Origin: Candidatus Peribacteria bacterium
GTDB lineage: Bacteria; Patescibacteriota; Gracilibacteria; Peribacterales; Peribacteraceae
Assembly: GCA_043776335.1 (NCBI GenBank)
Contig: JAYVRL010000011.1
Coordinates: 23,643 to 87,642, forward strand
DNA length: 64,000 nt
Direction: 5' to 3'
The position numbers were made by a program, and so were the translations under genes. Each line of letters begins with the position of its first letter. Position 1 is the stretch's first letter. The notes beneath the pieces were generated by a model. It was not told the origin of the DNA. It did no database searches and saw only the letters and a list, made by a program, of their open reading frames with translations. Shown here piece by piece: positions 53,967-61,928 of the stretch.

Positions 53967-54012
53967 CGGAAAAACGAGGATGAGCGGATAGAAGAGAGCG
54001 GGTAGCGAATAG
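53963..54012. repeat. Inverted heptamer-array element, copy D left arm
   Basis: gtagcgga...gcggata|gaagaga|gcgggta|gcgaata. Overlaps the pgm stop codon. Confidence 0.65.
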
Positions 54013-54032
54013 ATGCAGGAGCACATTCACGT

Positions 54033-54038
54033 CATGCT
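54033..54038 (+). promoter_or_regulatory. -10-like CATGCT 6 nt upstream of the four-helix-bundle gene ATG
   Basis: gtCATGCTtttcgtATG. Confidence 0.4.
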
Positions 54039-54044
54039 TTTCGT

Positions 54045-54407
54045 ATGATCAATCTTCCTTTTCAGAAGCTATTGGTTTGGCAAAAAGGTTTGGTACTTGT
54101 GAAAGATGTCTATCGGTTGACACGAGAGTTTCCTCCAAATGAACTCTACGGCCTTACACAGCAGATCCGTCGTGCGGCGGTTTCCGTACCGTCGAATATC
54201 GCTGAAGGCAGTCAGAGAGGTTCCGATAAAGAATTTCAGTATTTTTTAAGAATTTCCAAAGGATCTTTGGCGGAATTGGAAACACAAATTATCCTTGCAC
54301 AGGAACTTGGGTATCTCTCTTCAGCATCTGCAGATGCGTTGCTTGGCAGTATTGTGGAGTTATCCAAGATGCTCCGTGCTTTTCTTGCTAAGATGACTAT
54401 CCGCTAA
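54045..54407 (+). CDS. Four-helix-bundle protein (23S rRNA intervening-sequence protein family, Avd-like)
   Basis: LLVWQKGLVLVKDVYRLTREFPPNELYGLTQQIRRAAVSVPSNIAEGSQRGSDKEF..FL.IS.GSL.ELETQ matches the TIGR02436/PF05635 pattern from memory. AT-richer than its neighbours. Confidence 0.85.
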   Translation: MINLPFQKLLVWQKGLVLVKDVYRLTREFPPNELYGLTQQIRRAAVSVPSNIAEGSQRGSDKEFQYFLRISKGSLAELETQIILAQELGYLSSASADALLGSIVELSKMLRAFLAKMTIR

Positions 54408-54426
54408 CCACTATCCGCTATCCGCC
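54397..54426. repeat. Inverted heptamer-array element, copy D right arm
   Basis: ctatccg|ctaacca|ctatccg|ctatccg, in 7-nt phase. Overlaps the stop codon of the four-helix-bundle gene. Confidence 0.7.
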
Positions 54427-54476
54427 CGTCACCCCTTTCCCTCACCGGCCGTCGCTGGATTCTGCGTTCGGAGCAT

Positions 54477-56057
54477 TTGCCGTCCAAGCCCGACGAGGTG
54501 GTGCGATTGCTGTCAAAAAATCGCGGCATCGGATTCGAGGACGTCGCGAAAGGAACGCTCTCCGATCCGTTCTTGTTTTCCGAGATGGAAAGGGCCGTCG
54601 AACGGATCGAACGCGCGATGAAGAATCATGAAACGATCGCGGTGTTCGGCGATTACGATGCCGACGGCATCACCGCCACCGCACAGCTGGTGCGCTTCTT
54701 CAGGCGCCACGGCATCGAGCCCGTTGCGTATCTGCCCGATCGCTTGCGCGAAGGGTACGGCATGAAAAAAGTCAGCATCGATCTTTTGAAAACGAAAGGA
54801 GTTTCCTTGATCGTCACGGTCGACAACGGCATCGCCGCTCATGCCGAAATCGCGCAAGCCGCTGCGCTCGGGATGGATGTCATCGTGACGGATCATCATC
54901 GCATTCAGGGTTCTCGTCCCGCGGCGTACGCGGTGATTCACCCTGAAATCGGCGACGCGTTTCCGAATCAACATCTTTCCGGTTCAGGCGTCGCGTTCAT
55001 GCTCGTGCGTGCGCTCGAGCACGGCTCGGTTTGGAACGGCATCGAGCAGGACGTCATTCTGGCGATGATCGGGACGATCGGAGACGTGATGCCGCTGACG
55101 GGCGAAAATCGTACGCTTGTCATTCACGGCTTGAAGTTGATCGCCAAATTGCCGCCGTGTCCGTTGAAAGATTTGATCGATGACGTTTCGGACGGCAAGG
55201 AGATCACGAGCGGAGACATCGCGTTTCGCGTCGTGCCTCGGATCAACGCCGCGGGTCGCATGCAGCATCCGTTGCTCGCGCTCGATGCGTTGCTTGAGGG
55301 GGGCGACGCGCTTGAATCATTGCATCGCCTGAACGGCGATCGGCAATCGGCCATCGAAGACGCTCTCTCACTCGTTCGTCCGCTCGTCGATTGGTCGCAA
55401 CCGTTTTTGTTTTCGGTTTCGGATCAAGTGACTTCCGGCATCGTCGGACTCATCGCGGGTCGCCTCACCGAAGAATCCGGTCGACCGTCGCTTGTCGCAT
55501 CCAGAAGCGGAGAACTCTGCACGGCGTCGCTGCGCAGCGTTCCGTCCGTGGACGTCATGACGTGTCTCGAGCATCCCCTCGTACGTCCGCTGCTTCTCAC
55601 GTGCGGCGGCCACGCGCAGGCGGGAGGCTGCACGTTCGCGTTCAAAGACGCGGAGAAGATTCAGGCCGGATTGTCGCGGGCCGTGTCCGACCTCGGTCAT
55701 TCGGTCGAGAGCCTGCTCCCCGAGATTGCGATCGATCACGAATTGCCGCACGCGCATTTGATCCTCTCTCTCGCGAAAGCGTTGGAATCCCTGCAGCCGT
55801 TCGGGCATGCGAATGAGCAGCCACTCTTTCTCGTGAAGAATCTGAAAGTCGAGAGCGTGCGCTCGGTCGGTTCCGAGAACACGCATTTGCAGATCGTCTT
55901 CGCGGGTCACAGGGGCATCGCTTTCCGCTTGGGATCTCTCACAGATCGATTGGCACCCGGTTCCGTCGTCGACGTCGCCTGTGCGCTCTCCATCAACGCG
56001 TGGAACGGTCGTGAAAGTCTTCAGCTCATGGTGAAAGACATCAGATTGTCGGCATAA
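54477..56057 (+). CDS. recJ: Single-stranded-DNA-specific exonuclease RecJ
   Basis: DHH motifs IAVFGDYDADGITA, VTVDNG and IVTDHH, plus DHHA1 GGHAQAGG. TTG is the first canonical start, and the reading frame is open upstream to the TAA at 54405. Confidence 0.9.
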   Translation: MPSKPDEVVRLLSKNRGIGFEDVAKGTLSDPFLFSEMERAVERIERAMKNHETIAVFGDYDADGITATAQLVRFFRRHGIEPVAYLPDRLREGYGMKKVSIDLLKTKGVSLIVTVDNGIAAHAEIAQAAALGMDVIVTDHHRIQGSRPAAYAVIHPEIGDAFPNQHLSGSGVAFMLVRALEHGSVWNGIEQDVILAMIGTIGDVMPLTGENRTLVIHGLKLIAKLPPCPLKDLIDDVSDGKEITSGDIAFRVVPRINAAGRMQHPLLALDALLEGGDALESLHRLNGDRQSAIEDALSLVRPLVDWSQPFLFSVSDQVTSGIVGLIAGRLTEESGRPSLVASRSGELCTASLRSVPSVDVMTCLEHPLVRPLLLTCGGHAQAGGCTFAFKDAEKIQAGLSRAVSDLGHSVESLLPEIAIDHELPHAHLILSLAKALESLQPFGHANEQPLFLVKNLKVESVRSVGSENTHLQIVFAGHRGIAFRLGSLTDRLAPGSVVDVACALSINAWNGRESLQLMVKDIRLSA

Positions 56058-56100
56058 AAAGAACACACGACGAAAAAACGGTCACAGTCTTTCCGGAGAT

Positions 56101-56322
56101 TTAGACCGGAACCAACGTGCCTTCCATCTGGAAGACCTCGGTCACCGGCGACTGGAGCGCCATGGCGATCTTGTACGCCAACAGCACGGAAGGATTCGTG
56201 GCCGCGCGCTCGATGCTCATCACCGTTTGCCTGCTGACCCCCACGCGCAGCGCCAGTTCTTCTTGCGTCATCCCGCGCTCGAAGCGAAGGCGGCGGATAT
56301 TGTTGTGGAGAATGGCAGCCAT
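56101..56322 (-). CDS. XRE-family helix-turn-helix transcriptional regulator
   Basis: NNIRRLRFERGMTQEELALRVGVSRQTVMSIERAATNPSVLLAYKIAMAL is a typical Cro/C1 HTH. Confidence 0.85.
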   Translation of the reverse strand: MAAILHNNIRRLRFERGMTQEELALRVGVSRQTVMSIERAATNPSVLLAYKIAMALQSPVTEVFQMEGTLVPV

Positions 56323-56558
56323 GCGGAAAGGTGAAGTGAGGAATCTATCGTACCCCTGTTTCGGATGGAACGATAGCGTGGGGATTGTACCGATCTCCGA
56401 TGACAGAGCAAGTCCGACTTTTTCATGTTCACGCGAGAATTTGCGACGACGAATCGTCGGATGTTCTCAAGGAAGAGTTCACATCACCTCATAAAGGACG
56501 TTTTTTCCCAGACCGAATTTTTGCGCGGAACATCGTTTCTTCGGTACGATACCGTGAA

Positions 56559-57032
56559 ATGATTCCTTCTCCGTTTCACGGCATCTTTTCTTCATCCGTC
56601 CAGTCGGATGATGCTGTGCCGATTCCGCAGAAGGAAGCCGCGAAAGTGATGCCGCCACCGAACACCGCATCGACTCAGGGAGCGACGCAGGCTCGCGCCA
56701 GCGGGCTCGGACAAGTGGCGCTTGATATCTTCGAGTTCGACAATTACTACATCATCAAAGCGCCGATCGCCGGCGTTCGCCTCGCGGATCTGGACATCGA
56801 GATCACGGACAACGTCCTCACGATTCGCGGAGCGCGTCGTCAGACTGACACGATCCCCGAGGAGCAGTATTACTTGAAAGAATGTTTCTGGGGCGAGTTT
56901 CAGCGGTCGGTGACATTGCCGTGTTCGATCGACCCGAAGAAAGTGAAGGCGACGTTCAACAAAGATTCGATTCTGAAAATCATCGTGCCGAAAGAAGAGG
57001 ACAAAGTGAAAATCATTCGCATCAGCGAGTAG
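56559..57032 (+). CDS. Hsp20/alpha-crystallin small heat-shock protein
   Basis: ALDIFEFDNYYIIKAPIAGVRLADLDIEITDNVLTIRGAR...FQRSVTLPCSIDPKKVKATFNKDSILKIIVPK. TACGAT lies 8 nt upstream of ATG 56559. Confidence 0.88.
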   Translation: MIPSPFHGIFSSSVQSDDAVPIPQKEAAKVMPPPNTASTQGATQARASGLGQVALDIFEFDNYYIIKAPIAGVRLADLDIEITDNVLTIRGARRQTDTIPEEQYYLKECFWGEFQRSVTLPCSIDPKKVKATFNKDSILKIIVPKEEDKVKIIRISE

Positions 57033-57041
57033 CTTCACGAA

Positions 57042-57060
57042 AGGGAAACTGCGTTTCCCT
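57042..57060 (+). terminator. Hairpin after hsp20
   Basis: agggaaac-tgc-gtttccct. No U-run. Confidence 0.4.
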
Positions 57061-57129
57061 CTCGAGGACTCTCCATATGAAGAAAAATCCCTTCATCATT
57101 CGTCGTTTTTCGATCATACTTCGCCTCCT

Positions 57130-57786
57130 ATGCAAATCCTCTTCTTCTCGATTTTCTGTTTTCTGCTGCTGGTCGGTTGTTCCGGTGACAATCCCGCCAA
57201 AGCCAAAGTCGATTACCAATCCGCCGTTCGTTACCTGCAAGGCGCTGGAGTCCCGCAGGATGTTGCAAAAGCCGTCGCATTGCTGCAGACGTCGAGTGAG
57301 GAAGGAAGCGCTGATGCCCAACTCGCGCTCGGTTATCTCTATCTGAAGGGAAAGGGCGTGACGCAGGACACGGCGAAAGGAATGTCACTGTTCAAGAACG
57401 CCGCGAAGAAGGGCAATATCGACGCGATGTACAACGTCGGTCTCGCCTATGCGCGAGGAGAGGTCGTGCCGAAGGATTTCAAAGAATCGTTCTCATGGTT
57501 CGAGATGGCCGCATTGCAGGATGACGTCGGTTCGCAGTACAACCTCGGCGTGATGTACATGAACGGCGAAGGCACGGTGAAAGACCCCCTGGCGGCATAC
57601 GCTTGGTTCAAGTTCGCGGATGATCACGGTTACGCGAAAGCCAAGGACGGAATGGCCGCGGCAAAGGCGGCGCTGACGAGCGATCAGGTCAAGAATCTTG
57701 ATCGCGAAGTGGCGCGCATCGCAGGCCGTATCAAACGTTCTGTGCAGGTCCAACTGACGCCGGGACAACAGAATGCGCCGCTCTGA
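57130..57786 (+). CDS. Sel1-repeat (SLR/TPR-like) lipoprotein
   Basis: Lipobox LLVGC. Repeated units AQLALGYLYLKGKGVTQD, AMYNVGLAYARGEVVPKD and SQYNLGVMYMNGEGTVKD. Confidence 0.85.
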   Translation: MQILFFSIFCFLLLVGCSGDNPAKAKVDYQSAVRYLQGAGVPQDVAKAVALLQTSSEEGSADAQLALGYLYLKGKGVTQDTAKGMSLFKNAAKKGNIDAMYNVGLAYARGEVVPKDFKESFSWFEMAALQDDVGSQYNLGVMYMNGEGTVKDPLAAYAWFKFADDHGYAKAKDGMAAAKAALTSDQVKNLDREVARIAGRIKRSVQVQLTPGQQNAPL

Positions 57787-57829
57787 GCCCGCAAATCAAC
57801 AGCTGTCGTCTATACTTATTCTTAGATTT

Positions 57830-57859
57830 CCCGGGAACTTCGCGTCCGAAGCTCCCGGG
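57830..57859. terminator. 13-bp hairpin between convergent genes
   Basis: cccgggaacttcg-cgtc-cgaagctcccggg (one mismatch). Lies between the Sel1 gene (+) and the 57888-58112 ORF (-). Confidence 0.5.
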
Positions 57860-57887
57860 GAATTGGTCGTCAGCATCCGTGCCGACA

Positions 57888-58112
57888 CTACGCGTGCGCG
57901 CTCATCTTGTTCGCTTTTTTCAGGCGTTGTTCGAGCGCCCGCTTTCGTTTCGCGAGATCACCGTTGATCTTCTTCCTCGCTTGGATCTTGGCGATCTCTT
58001 CGAGCTCGGCGGTCACTTGATCCAAGTTCAGCGTGCTCACATTTTTCCAGTAGTTTGGCATCGGCATGTTCCTGCTGACAGTTTTTCCTGTGCCGACCAC
58101 CCCACGTTCCAC
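57888..58112 (-). CDS. Small basic coiled-coil hypothetical protein
   Basis: GC3-rich. ...NYWKNVSTLNLDQVTAELEEIAKIQARKKINGDLAKRKRALEQRLKK. Start uncertain (GTG 58112 or an internal ATG). Confidence 0.4.
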   Translation of the reverse strand: MERGVVGTGKTVSRNMPMPNYWKNVSTLNLDQVTAELEEIAKIQARKKINGDLAKRKRALEQRLKKANKMSAHA

Positions 58113-58387
58113 GTGGAGTAAAAAAATCGGACGACAGGTGCTGAGTTGCGGCAGTGATGTGAAGGAACGACGAAACGCCCTTCCGTGCGGGAGGGGTGGA
58201 GCTGAGTGCGAGCGATTCTCGACTACATCAGCGCGTCCCTCCCCTGCTTGCAGCGGACGGAAACGACGCGAATGGAGACGAAAAGATGTTGCATGTCTGC
58301 CGTGATTATCTTCATCAGATTTTTTCTGTCAAGAAAGTCGGACGTTTTTTCTTGTCATGAGCCTCTGACTTCCCGACACTTCAAACG

Positions 58388-58972
58388 ATGAAAGTCCTTC
58401 TGATCGACAATTACGATTCCTTCACGTGGAATCTCTGGCAGCTGATCTCCGCACTGGGAGCCGACTGTGTCGTGCATCCTCACGATCGCATATCCTTGGA
58501 TGAGGTCGCGGCGTTGCGACCCGATCGCATCGTGATTTCTCCCGGCCCCGGCACGCCCGCGGATGCGGGGATTTCCTGCGACGTGATCCGACGCTTCGGT
58601 TCGACGATCCCGATCCTCGGCGTGTGTCTCGGGCACCAGTGCGTCGCCGCCGTTTTCGGAGGATTGTCTTCGGTGACGCATGCGCCGACGGTGATGCATG
58701 GCAAAACGAGCGCTGTTTTCCATGATCAGAAAAGCGTTTTTCGCGGCTTGCCATCACCGTTTTCAGCCGCTCGGTATCATTCGCTCGTCGTGGAGACGTT
58801 GCCGTCGGATTTCGAGCTGCTTGCATGGACGGGGACGCAGAAAAACCCCGACGTTCTCATGGGCATGCGCCACAAAAATTTGCCGATCGTCGGCGTGCAG
58901 TTTCACCCCGAATCGTTTTTGACCGAGCATGGCGAGAAGCTGATGAAGAATTTTTTAACTTCTCGTTCATGA
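58388..58972 (+). CDS. pabA: Aminodeoxychorismate/anthranilate synthase glutamine amidotransferase component
   Basis: MKVLLIDNYDSFTWNL, ILGVCLGHQ and VQFHPES. Assigned to pabA because it is ATGA-coupled to pabB-pabC. Confidence 0.85.
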   Translation: MKVLLIDNYDSFTWNLWQLISALGADCVVHPHDRISLDEVAALRPDRIVISPGPGTPADAGISCDVIRRFGSTIPILGVCLGHQCVAAVFGGLSSVTHAPTVMHGKTSAVFHDQKSVFRGLPSPFSAARYHSLVVETLPSDFELLAWTGTQKNPDVLMGMRHKNLPIVGVQFHPESFLTEHGEKLMKNFLTSRS

Positions 58973-61029
58973 GGATTTCTTCTCTTCGACTTTCGGCGTT
59001 CGATCCCGCGGAGTTTCTGCGGAAGCTCGGAAAGAACGAGCGTGAGCCGGTGCTTCTTCAATGCGGCAGATTCACGGTGATCGGATGGAATCCGAGCGAG
59101 CGGATCCGCACGGACGATGCCGAGGAGGCTCGTGCGAAACTCAATACCCTCGCGGCCAAGCGTCGCGTTCGCTACGACGGTCCGCTGCCGTTCGTCGGAG
59201 GATTGATCGGATACGCGAGTGCCGATCTTGGCTGTTCGTTGCTGCGCATCAAACCGACCGCCGCGGATCGTTTTCATCTGCCGTTTGTGAATGTCGGTTC
59301 GTACGATGAGGTCATTCTCAGCGATGGCGACCGTGTTTTTGTCGTCGGATCGAAAGCATTCGAAGCCGAGGTGCTGAAGGTTCATGCGCGACCGTTGTCA
59401 CCTTCGCGATTTTCTCCGCTTCGTTTTCGATCAAGTGTCACGCGCGTCGAGTACGCGAAAAGATTTCAGGAAATCAAGCGGCTGATTCATGAGGGCGATG
59501 TGTATCAACTGAATTCGACGTTCACATTCGATGCTCGGTCATCCGCCGACCCCACACAAGTTTTTTCCGATCTTTATCATGCGCATCCCGCGCCGTGCGC
59601 CGCGTATCTCGATGCGGGCGATTGTCGATTGCTTTCATTGTCGCCCGAACGATTCGTGACGGTAGAAGGCTCTCAAATCGCAACGTTTCCCGTGAAAGGG
59701 ACGCGTCCGCGAGGTCTGACGGAAGCCAAAGATGAGCAATTGCGTGCTGAGCTTCTGAAGAGCGAAAAAGAAGCGGCCGAACTCAATATGATCACGGATT
59801 TGCTTCGCAATGATCTCGGCAAAATCGCGCGCATCGGCTCGGTGCGAGTCAGCGAGCATCGACGAGTCGATCCCACGCCGTCGGTCTGGCACACCTCGTC
59901 GATCATCGAGGCCGAGTTGGCGCCCGACGTCTCGCCGATCGACGCGCTTTTCTCGATGCTTCCCGCGGGATCCGTGACGGGTTGCCCGAAGAAACAGGCA
60001 TGCATCGAGATCGATCGGCTCGAAGGCGTGCGACGCGGGCCGTACACGGGTGTGATTTTCGCGCAGAGCGATCACGGTTGTTTCACAAGTTCCGTCGTCA
60101 TCCGCACGTTGGTTCACCAGAAGAAAACATTTTCGCTCGGCGTCGGAGGCGGCATCGTCGATGACTCGAAACTTGCAGACGAATGGCGAGAAACGCAACA
60201 CAAAGCCGCGCCGTTTCTGCGCATGCAGAAGACGAAAGAGAACAATGTGATCCTGCGAAAAATTTGGATCAACGGTGCGTCTGCAAAGCGGTCCGATCCG
60301 CGAGTCGTGCTTCTTGATCCGTCGAACGAAGACGCGCGCGGCGTCTTCGAGACGATGCGCACGAAAGATGGCGCGATTCATTTGCTTACCGCCCATCTGG
60401 AGCGTCTCGCATCTTCCGCGAAACTTCTGAAGATGCGATTGCCGCGCTCGATCGATGCCATCGCATCGGATCTTCGGAAGGTCGCTCGATCGGGAGATGC
60501 GCCGAGTCGCGTGAAAATCGTCGCCACCGATCGTGACATTCTCATTGCAATGGAACCGCTCGCAGTCGATCGATGCCAAGACGACGGCATTGCCGCGACG
60601 TGTATCCGTTGCGATCGAGCATTGCCCGCGGCCAAGGCGTTGCCGTATCACAAAGAATGGCGAGCTCATGCACAGGCGCGATCGCGCGGCTTCGGCGAAG
60701 CGCTGCTCGTAGATCGATCGGGGCATGTGCCCGAAGCCGCGTATGGCAATCTGTTCTGGGTCGAAGACAGAACGCTCTTCACGGCCGCCGCAGGCATGCT
60801 TGCGGGCATCACCCGCGCCGAAGTCTTGGCACTCGCGCGGAAGCATCGCATTCGCGTGAAGTTCGCTTCTCCGACGCAGAAACGATTGTTTGCCGCCGAT
60901 GAAGTGTTCCTCACGAAGTCCTTGAGCGGCATCACGCCGATCGTGCGGATCGATCGCAACGTGATCGGAGGCGGACGGACGGGCGCGGTCACGCAGTTCT
61001 TCATGAAATGGCTTTCCATAGCCCCCTGA
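58969..61029 (+). CDS. pabBC: Fused aminodeoxychorismate synthase component I / aminodeoxychorismate lyase
   Basis: Chorismate-binding module (EGDVYQLNST, PAGSVTGCPK, GPYTGV). It is followed by a class IV aminotransferase-like module (GVFETMRTKDGAIHLLTAHLERL, AAYGNLFWV). Confidence 0.82.
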   Translation: MRISSLRLSAFDPAEFLRKLGKNEREPVLLQCGRFTVIGWNPSERIRTDDAEEARAKLNTLAAKRRVRYDGPLPFVGGLIGYASADLGCSLLRIKPTAADRFHLPFVNVGSYDEVILSDGDRVFVVGSKAFEAEVLKVHARPLSPSRFSPLRFRSSVTRVEYAKRFQEIKRLIHEGDVYQLNSTFTFDARSSADPTQVFSDLYHAHPAPCAAYLDAGDCRLLSLSPERFVTVEGSQIATFPVKGTRPRGLTEAKDEQLRAELLKSEKEAAELNMITDLLRNDLGKIARIGSVRVSEHRRVDPTPSVWHTSSIIEAELAPDVSPIDALFSMLPAGSVTGCPKKQACIEIDRLEGVRRGPYTGVIFAQSDHGCFTSSVVIRTLVHQKKTFSLGVGGGIVDDSKLADEWRETQHKAAPFLRMQKTKENNVILRKIWINGASAKRSDPRVVLLDPSNEDARGVFETMRTKDGAIHLLTAHLERLASSAKLLKMRLPRSIDAIASDLRKVARSGDAPSRVKIVATDRDILIAMEPLAVDRCQDDGIAATCIRCDRALPAAKALPYHKEWRAHAQARSRGFGEALLVDRSGHVPEAAYGNLFWVEDRTLFTAAAGMLAGITRAEVLALARKHRIRVKFASPTQKRLFAADEVFLTKSLSGITPIVRIDRNVIGGGRTGAVTQFFMKWLSIAP

Positions 61030-61063
61030 AGCTGCAGGCGAATTGTGCTACACTCTTCGCACT

Positions 61064-61888
61064 GTGAAAGTCACACAAGCCATTCTTCCGGTCGCCGGAT
61101 TCGGCACGCGATTTCTGCCGTGGACGAAAGTCGTGCCGAAAGAACTGTTGCCGATCGGTTCGAAGCCGATCATCGCGCTCCTCGTCGACGAATGCATGAG
61201 CGTCGGCATCAACGACATTTGCTTCGTCATCAGTCGCGGCAAAGAGGCGATTCCGCAGTTCTTCTACGCGCAGCCGGAGCTGGAACGCGAGCTCGCACGT
61301 CGCAATAAGTCGCATCTGCTCGAGGAGCTTACGAAGTACAACTCGGTCAGGTTTCACGTCGCGTATCAGGAGGAGATGAAAGGCGACGGTCACGCGATCT
61401 TGCAGGCCAAAGAGTGGGTGGATTCGGACACGCTCGCGATCCTCTTTGGTGACGACCTCATCGGCGGAGATCGCAACGGTTTGCAGCAGCTCATGAGCGC
61501 GTGGAAGGATCTCGGTGCGAAGAAGGAAACGGCGATGCTGTGCCTGCACGACATCGAGCGCAAACTGACGCACAAGTATGGCATCGTCGAGATCGCGCCA
61601 GACAAACACAAGAGCCGCACGAAGACGATCACGGGTCTCGTGGAGAAGCCGAAGCCCGAGGACGCGCCGTCCACGCTCGCGGTCGTCGGCAAATATCTGA
61701 TCCCCCGTTCCACGATCGACGTGCTGGAGAAAGTCGACAGCGGTCATCATGACAAAGAGATCCGCCTGATCGACGCGTTGAAGTCGCAGCTCAAGAAGAT
61801 CGAAATCTACGGCTACGAATTCGAAGGCCGCAGATTCGATACGGGTACGCCCGAGGGCTACCGCGAGGCGGTGATGGAACTGGGCTAA
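61064..61888 (+). CDS. galU: UTP--glucose-1-phosphate uridylyltransferase
   Basis: ILPVAGFGTRFLPWTKVVPKELLP and VEKP motifs. GTG 61064 start with TGcTACACT 9 nt upstream; TTG 61043 is the alternative. Confidence 0.9.
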   Translation: MKVTQAILPVAGFGTRFLPWTKVVPKELLPIGSKPIIALLVDECMSVGINDICFVISRGKEAIPQFFYAQPELERELARRNKSHLLEELTKYNSVRFHVAYQEEMKGDGHAILQAKEWVDSDTLAILFGDDLIGGDRNGLQQLMSAWKDLGAKKETAMLCLHDIERKLTHKYGIVEIAPDKHKSRTKTITGLVEKPKPEDAPSTLAVVGKYLIPRSTIDVLEKVDSGHHDKEIRLIDALKSQLKKIEIYGYEFEGRRFDTGTPEGYREAVMELG

Positions 61889-61892
61889 AAGA

Positions 61893-61920
61893 TTGACATA
61901 AATTTTTTTGTTGTTAAAAT
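61893..61920 (+). promoter_or_regulatory. Near-consensus sigma-70 promoter abutting ATG 61929
   Basis: TTGACA, a 16-nt spacer with TGt, then TAAAAT, then 8 nt to the ATG. No SD is present. Confidence 0.6.
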
Positions 61921-61928
61921 ACACATAT

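Noticed and set aside
53963-54426. A diversity-generating retroelement, suggested by the Avd-like four-helix-bundle gene.
   Set aside because: There is no reverse transcriptase gene, and I noticed no template/variable repeat pair anywhere in the window. The family is far broader than DGR Avd proteins.
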